Notes under the pieces: model-generated
What the model saw: the letters and a program-made list of their open reading frames with translations, nothing else
What the model was told of the DNA's origin: nothing
Databases searched by the model: none
Program-made: the position numbers and the translations under genes
Source of the DNA: a virus
Taxonomy: Duplodnaviria > Caudoviricetes
IMG/VR virus record: IMGVR_UViG_641201006_000001
Location: 154,949-218,948 of that record
DNA: 64,000 bases
Strand: one strand, 5' to 3'
In this document: piece by piece, positions 59,357 through 64,000 of the stretch
Layout: each line of letters starts with the position of its first letter
Position numbering within the stretch: the first letter of the stretch is position 1

Positions 59357-61009
59357 TTACTGACGACCTAACAACATAGCTTCTAACTGTGTATTTAACG
59401 CTTCTTCATCTCCTGTCTCATGGAATAGTGCCATCGCATCACACAATGGTGTTGATACTAACTTCTCTGCTGTCATTCTTAATACGCCGTTGTCATCGAA
59501 GTCTACATCAGCTACTTGTTCATGATTGTTGTACGGCCATAACACTAAGTCTTTTGATACGAAGCCACTGTTCATCATGTTCTCTTTTGTATATACGGTG
59601 TATCCTCTCTTACGTAATGTATCAGCAACGATTTCCACACTGCCTTTATACTCAACACGACCTGTATATAACTCTTCAATGAATAAGGAATGATCTTCAC
59701 CAATGCGGATTAAGAATCTACCACCCCATCTGTTTTCACCTTCATCGAAATAGCCAACGATTGTCGCACCGGATACATTACCCAACACACCGATGTTGTT
59801 GTCATTCACCTTACCTAGTTCCCACTTCATACATGACGTCCACTCCTTATCTGTTGATACACGTAGTAGATCATCCTTCATACCACTGAACTTCACATGA
59901 CCTGTCTTCTTCGTATTACGTGTTTCTACAATGTGTTTTACTTTGCCTAATGGAATACGAATGTCATCACCCAATATTTCCATCACTTGCGGAAACTCTT
60001 TTTCAATTCTGTTGATATACTTCACGACGCTGATCTTTCTGCCATCATCTAGTTGTACCTTGTTCTCCATGAAATCATCCTCATCTAATCGTTGTAATCG
60101 TAATAGTCTCATTTGGAATATTACTGTGTGTTTGTGTAATGGATTCTCATAATCGACACGCAATGCACTTGATACATCTCGCAATGCTGAATGGAACATC
60201 TCATGTGAGTGATTGATTAACTCAATGTCGAATGAATCTACAAGCAATGGATGTGCTGCTACTTGTTTGTGATTCGCTATCTTCATCATGTGATTGATTA
60301 ATACTCTTGGATTGTTATCTAATCGTGCTAAGTAATACATATCAACCATCATCACATTACCGATGTCGTACTTACCTGTGAATGTCATCTCTCTATCTAC
60401 GTATGCATACTTCTTAGTTACATAGTTTTGTAGAACACCTTGTTCATATAGATACTCACAATAGTCTCTGCTTAACTTGTATTCATGTCCGAGTTTGAAT
60501 CCATACTTCTTCGCACATAATGATGCTCTGATATAACCTGTTGGTTCGAACTTGAGTGGACGAATGATACGTTGTTTGAATCCAATCTCTGCTGGTTCTG
60601 TGATAACAACCTTGCCGTCGTAGTAACATGCAGTGATGTTAATGTCGAAGTCCTCTTGTACATACTGACGAATATCATCTGTGTTCACCATCATGATCTC
60701 TACACGATACTTACCTATCGTACCTTTTAATACTGATACAATTTTACTGATCTCAATGACACGTACTGATTCATCATCATCTTCTACTGTGATACTTGGA
60801 CGTTCTCTGATTACCTCGCTGAACATAAAGCCCTTGCTTAATACGTGATATAATACCTCTGACTTACATGCGTCGGATGTAGATACGAACACATCAATGT
60901 CATTAGGTTCTTTACCCATCAATGCATCTAATACACATCCACCTGCGATAATACCTTTGAAACCTTTTACCACTTTGTATACTTCTTTAATACCTGTACT
61001 TGCTGTCAT
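59357..61009 (-). CDS. CCA-adding/poly(A)-polymerase-type nucleotidyltransferase fused to an unknown C-terminal domain
   Basis: IAGGCVLDALMGKEPNDIDVF (motif A DxD) and EDFDINI (RDF-like); C-terminal WTSCM domain. Confidence 0.8.
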   Translation of the reverse strand: MTASTGIKEVYKVVKGFKGIIAGGCVLDALMGKEPNDIDVFVSTSDACKSEVLYHVLSKGFMFSEVIRERPSITVEDDDESVRVIEISKIVSVLKGTIGKYRVEIMMVNTDDIRQYVQEDFDINITACYYDGKVVITEPAEIGFKQRIIRPLKFEPTGYIRASLCAKKYGFKLGHEYKLSRDYCEYLYEQGVLQNYVTKKYAYVDREMTFTGKYDIGNVMMVDMYYLARLDNNPRVLINHMMKIANHKQVAAHPLLVDSFDIELINHSHEMFHSALRDVSSALRVDYENPLHKHTVIFQMRLLRLQRLDEDDFMENKVQLDDGRKISVVKYINRIEKEFPQVMEILGDDIRIPLGKVKHIVETRNTKKTGHVKFSGMKDDLLRVSTDKEWTSCMKWELGKVNDNNIGVLGNVSGATIVGYFDEGENRWGGRFLIRIGEDHSLFIEELYTGRVEYKGSVEIVADTLRKRGYTVYTKENMMNSGFVSKDLVLWPYNNHEQVADVDFDDNGVLRMTAEKLVSTPLCDAMALFHETGDEEALNTQLEAMLLGRQ

Positions 61010-61071
61010 GTTTATTCTCTCCTTTTAATTTAAATAAGGAGCCGAGATATACCCGACTCCGATGATTGTTA

Positions 61072-61746
61072 TTATTTATTTAATACTTCTGCTACTTTCA
61101 GTTTCCATACACCTCTTGTTGGCTTACCTTGTTTACCTAAGTCTCTCATGTATGCTTGATACCCACTGTTGAACTTACTACCTACCTTCTTGAACTTGTT
61201 CGCTGCATATACTTCTGCACCAATCTCTTTATGTGCTTCGATGATAAGATTAGAGATTCTTTCATCCATTGCTGATTCATATACTTTAACTTCCTTCACT
61301 TCCTCTTCTTCTTCCTGTGGAGTGATAACAGGCTCTTCTTGTTGTGGCACGATACTTACTTGTCCTTGCATCATACCTTCCACGATACCACGCATGATAC
61401 CTTGTACTGCATCTGCTAATTCCTCTTGTACAACTTCTCTTACTGTTGCTCTGATCTCCTCTTTAAACACTGGCATTACATCCTCTCTAACTGTTTTGAT
61501 GATTGTATTCTGTACGTTGTTTGCCCACATTTGTGTTAGTGTCCCAATACTATCACGAGCGATAACAGCGAATATATCCTCTGTTGATACTGGCTTCTTC
61601 TTAATAGTTGATACGATTTCTTTTGCTACTTCCATTTCAGTTTTCTGTTTTAACTTACCTGCACGAATGATTTCTTCATCACGCTTGTTTGCACCATAAC
61701 GTTTATTCCATCTGTCTAACCCTGATTGTGTATTCTTCATAGTCAT
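61072..61746 (-). CDS. Hypothetical protein
   Basis: 224 aa; AGGAGG SD. Confidence 0.75.
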   Translation of the reverse strand: MTMKNTQSGLDRWNKRYGANKRDEEIIRAGKLKQKTEMEVAKEIVSTIKKKPVSTEDIFAVIARDSIGTLTQMWANNVQNTIIKTVREDVMPVFKEEIRATVREVVQEELADAVQGIMRGIVEGMMQGQVSIVPQQEEPVITPQEEEEEVKEVKVYESAMDERISNLIIEAHKEIGAEVYAANKFKKVGSKFNSGYQAYMRDLGKQGKPTRGVWKLKVAEVLNK

Positions 61747-62090
61747 TAGATTGTATCCTCCTGTGTAGATGCTGTTTCAGCCATCATCATTATTTGTTCA
61801 AACATAATCTCGAATCTTACTTCACTTCCTCCATTACCTTGTGCATTCAGTCGAATACCATGATGTGCATACATTTGTTTAATAATCTTTGCTTCATTTG
61901 TGCTTTTTAATCTTACGTTTGTTTTGATTCTTGTTACAGTCAATCTGTCGATACCAAGAGATAACATGTACGATACGCAATCTTTTAAATAAGCCTTAGC
62001 TTCTTGTTGTTGGTCTAGGATTAGCTTTTGTGCTACGTTGTGTGATAATACCCCTTCAATCATTGAGATTGTTTCATTTGACAACTTCAT
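61746..62090 (-). CDS. Hypothetical protein
   Basis: 114 aa, coupled. Confidence 0.7.
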   Translation of the reverse strand: MKLSNETISMIEGVLSHNVAQKLILDQQQEAKAYLKDCVSYMLSLGIDRLTVTRIKTNVRLKSTNEAKIIKQMYAHHGIRLNAQGNGGSEVRFEIMFEQIMMMAETASTQEDTI

Positions 62091-63115
62091 TATTCCTTAT
62101 CCCCTTTACTAATTAGTTCACTTGTTGCACGTAATGTTCCTGATGCTAAATCCACTCCTGCATGACCTACTTCTCCGCCTAGCTTGATAACTGTTCTACC
62201 GGCACGTTCTGTTACATTCAATACTTCTCTTGTTAAGCCGAGTGCAGATTCTAATACACTGTTTAATAATTGTGTTCCTCTGTCTACACCTGCATGACCG
62301 TACTTATCTACTACAGCAGCTCCTTTCAATAGCCCTTGTGCGGCACTTAATGTTAAACCTTTGTACTTCGTTCTGATTAATTCCTGTACATCACCTCCCT
62401 TCAATGCATGTAATTTCTCTTCCACTGAACGGTACTCTAATACTAGTTCGTTGTACTTTTGAGGCTTAGTGATATTCTTGTTCATCTCTTGTTGAATATG
62501 ACCTAGTTGTTTATCTAGCCCATCAATGACCTTTTGCTTATCCCCTTCTGTTAATACCAATTCCTGTACTGCTTCTTCTACTACCTGTATGCTATCCTCT
62601 GCTACTGCCTGTGCTGTTGCATCTGTTACTTGTTGCATCTTCTCTGCTGCCATAGCCAATACTTCTTGTTCTTTCTTAGCTAGTGCTTGTTTCGTTAACT
62701 CTCTATGCTGTGCTGTTAGTTCTTCCTGCATTGCTTTAACCTCTTCCTCTGTGTATACCTTACCTTCTGTTGTTGCTGCTACTTGTTCTTTAGCCATGTT
62801 CATTACCTCCATTTGTTGTTGTATTGCAGTGAATTGATTGATGATCTCTTTCAGTATCTCTGTACGCATACCCATGTTGACGTTAGCACCTAAGTTGTTA
62901 GCCTGTTGTACTAGTGATAATCGTTGACTATGCATTACTGTTACTCGTTGATATAGCTTGATGATGTTCTCTTTCTTTGTTCTATCACCTTGATACTCTA
63001 CTAATTGTTTTTCTGCTACTACCTTGATGTTTAAGCCCATATCCTTACATAGCGCCCCTGTAATACGGTTAATATCCTTTACTGTCATACCTTCGATTGT
63101 TTTTAAGTCTGTCAT
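62090..63115 (-). CDS. Hypothetical coiled-coil protein
   Basis: 341 aa; AAGGAG SD. Confidence 0.75.
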   Translation of the reverse strand: MTDLKTIEGMTVKDINRITGALCKDMGLNIKVVAEKQLVEYQGDRTKKENIIKLYQRVTVMHSQRLSLVQQANNLGANVNMGMRTEILKEIINQFTAIQQQMEVMNMAKEQVAATTEGKVYTEEEVKAMQEELTAQHRELTKQALAKKEQEVLAMAAEKMQQVTDATAQAVAEDSIQVVEEAVQELVLTEGDKQKVIDGLDKQLGHIQQEMNKNITKPQKYNELVLEYRSVEEKLHALKGGDVQELIRTKYKGLTLSAAQGLLKGAAVVDKYGHAGVDRGTQLLNSVLESALGLTREVLNVTERAGRTVIKLGGEVGHAGVDLASGTLRATSELISKGDKE

Positions 63116-63136
63116 AATAATTAGCTCCTTTTATAA

Positions 63137-63283
63137 TTAGTTGTTTTTGTTTTTATTGATTAACTCACCTAGTGTTGGTGCTAGTTTAATACCTTGTTTC
63201 TTTTTGACTATGCTAGTTGATACCTTACCGATACCTGCTTTCTCCACTGTGTTAATGAATGTAACTACTGCTCTCTTCTTCAT
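63137..63283 (-). CDS. Small basic protein (48 aa)
   Basis: Below the cutoff; AGGAGGAG SD; MKKRAVVTFINTVEKAG... Confidence 0.6.
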   Translation of the reverse strand: MKKRAVVTFINTVEKAGIGKVSTSIVKKKQGIKLAPTLGELINKNKNN

Positions 63284-63295
63284 ACCTAACTCCTC

Positions 63296-63916
63296 CTATG
63301 CAAATAAGTTTTTAATCTTACCTAATAGACTACTGAATACACCCTGCTTACCTTCTCCTGGTGGTAATTCATTGTTGTCCTTTAGTCTCTTGATGTAGAT
63401 GATACGTTTCTCTAACTCAGGTACTAGATGATGGATACCTAGTCTGATACCCTCTGCTCTCATGATGTTAAGCATTAGTAATACACTCTCCTTTCCACAC
63501 TGTTGTACTGCATACTCATCACACTTAAACTCTTGCTCTGTCACCTCGTGCTGTTCTGTTAGATGTCCAGTAGGATACATGATATGACCTAGTTCATGAG
63601 ATACTAGTGCTTGTCTTACATACTGGTTACTGTTGAATGATTTATAGTCATATACAATAATCATGTAATCTAAGTAGTATCCTGTTAGTTCAGCGATTTG
63701 TTCATTGTCATACACTGTCATCATTACAGTTAAGATACGAGTGTCGATGTGGTGCTTCTCGATGTCCTCAATGGATAGTTGATGATGACTTGCTAAGTCT
63801 TGTGGTTGTTCGATGATAGCAACATGTTCTGTCTTGCCGTTGATGTTTACAGTGAATACTTCTTTCACCGATTGTCTTACTTCCATTACTTCTGCTTGCG
63901 TTAGTTTGTCTGTCAT
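63296..63916 (-). CDS. Zinc metallopeptidase-like protein
   Basis: HELGH...EFKCDEYA (HExxH...E..D). Confidence 0.75.
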   Translation of the reverse strand: MTDKLTQAEVMEVRQSVKEVFTVNINGKTEHVAIIEQPQDLASHHQLSIEDIEKHHIDTRILTVMMTVYDNEQIAELTGYYLDYMIIVYDYKSFNSNQYVRQALVSHELGHIMYPTGHLTEQHEVTEQEFKCDEYAVQQCGKESVLLMLNIMRAEGIRLGIHHLVPELEKRIIYIKRLKDNNELPPGEGKQGVFSSLLGKIKNLFA

Positions 63917-64000
63917 TTGTCATTCCTCCATTAGTTTAGGTGTAGTCAAAAGGGGTGGGGCATGAAACAACCCTATACCCCCATTGCTATATATAAGACG

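Noticed and set aside
59-63398. All + strand ORFs in the track
   Set aside because: Nearly all are antisense shadows of minus-strand genes; none has a recognisable motif or a convincing SD

Overview
A 64-kb segment of a large lytic Bacillus phage genome. Every credible gene is on the minus strand, with Firmicute-type Shine-Dalgarno (SD) sites. The recA group I intron and its 266-aa endonuclease match what I recall of I-Bth0305I, so this is probably B. thuringiensis phage 0305phi8-36 or a close relative (recognised from memory, not from a search). It carries a replication/recombination cluster: PcrA helicase, intron-split RecA, two SSB-like proteins, HU, intron-split DnaE, DnaN, a UDG-like protein, an SNF2 helicase and RecJ. 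It also encodes GroES, a MoxR/RavA-VWA pair, RsfA-, WYL- and XRE-type regulators, two nucleotidyltransferases, a SLOG protein and a YonO-like single-subunit RNA polymerase, among many unknown genes. The most notable signals are: (1) 16 exact, co-oriented copies of a hairpin element, CGTTCGCACG-N8-TGTA, with covarying stems, which looks like a hairpin promoter and includes a copy in front of the RNAP gene; (2) a second, sigmaF-like promoter class; (3) a ~690-nt pseudoknotted non-coding RNA directly behind a CCA/poly(A)-polymerase-type nucleotidyltransferase fusion; (4) a ~1-kb array of large stem-loops behind a hairpin promoter; (5) two aberrant tRNA-like RNAs; and (6) a PLMP-like+HNH (IshB-like) nuclease.
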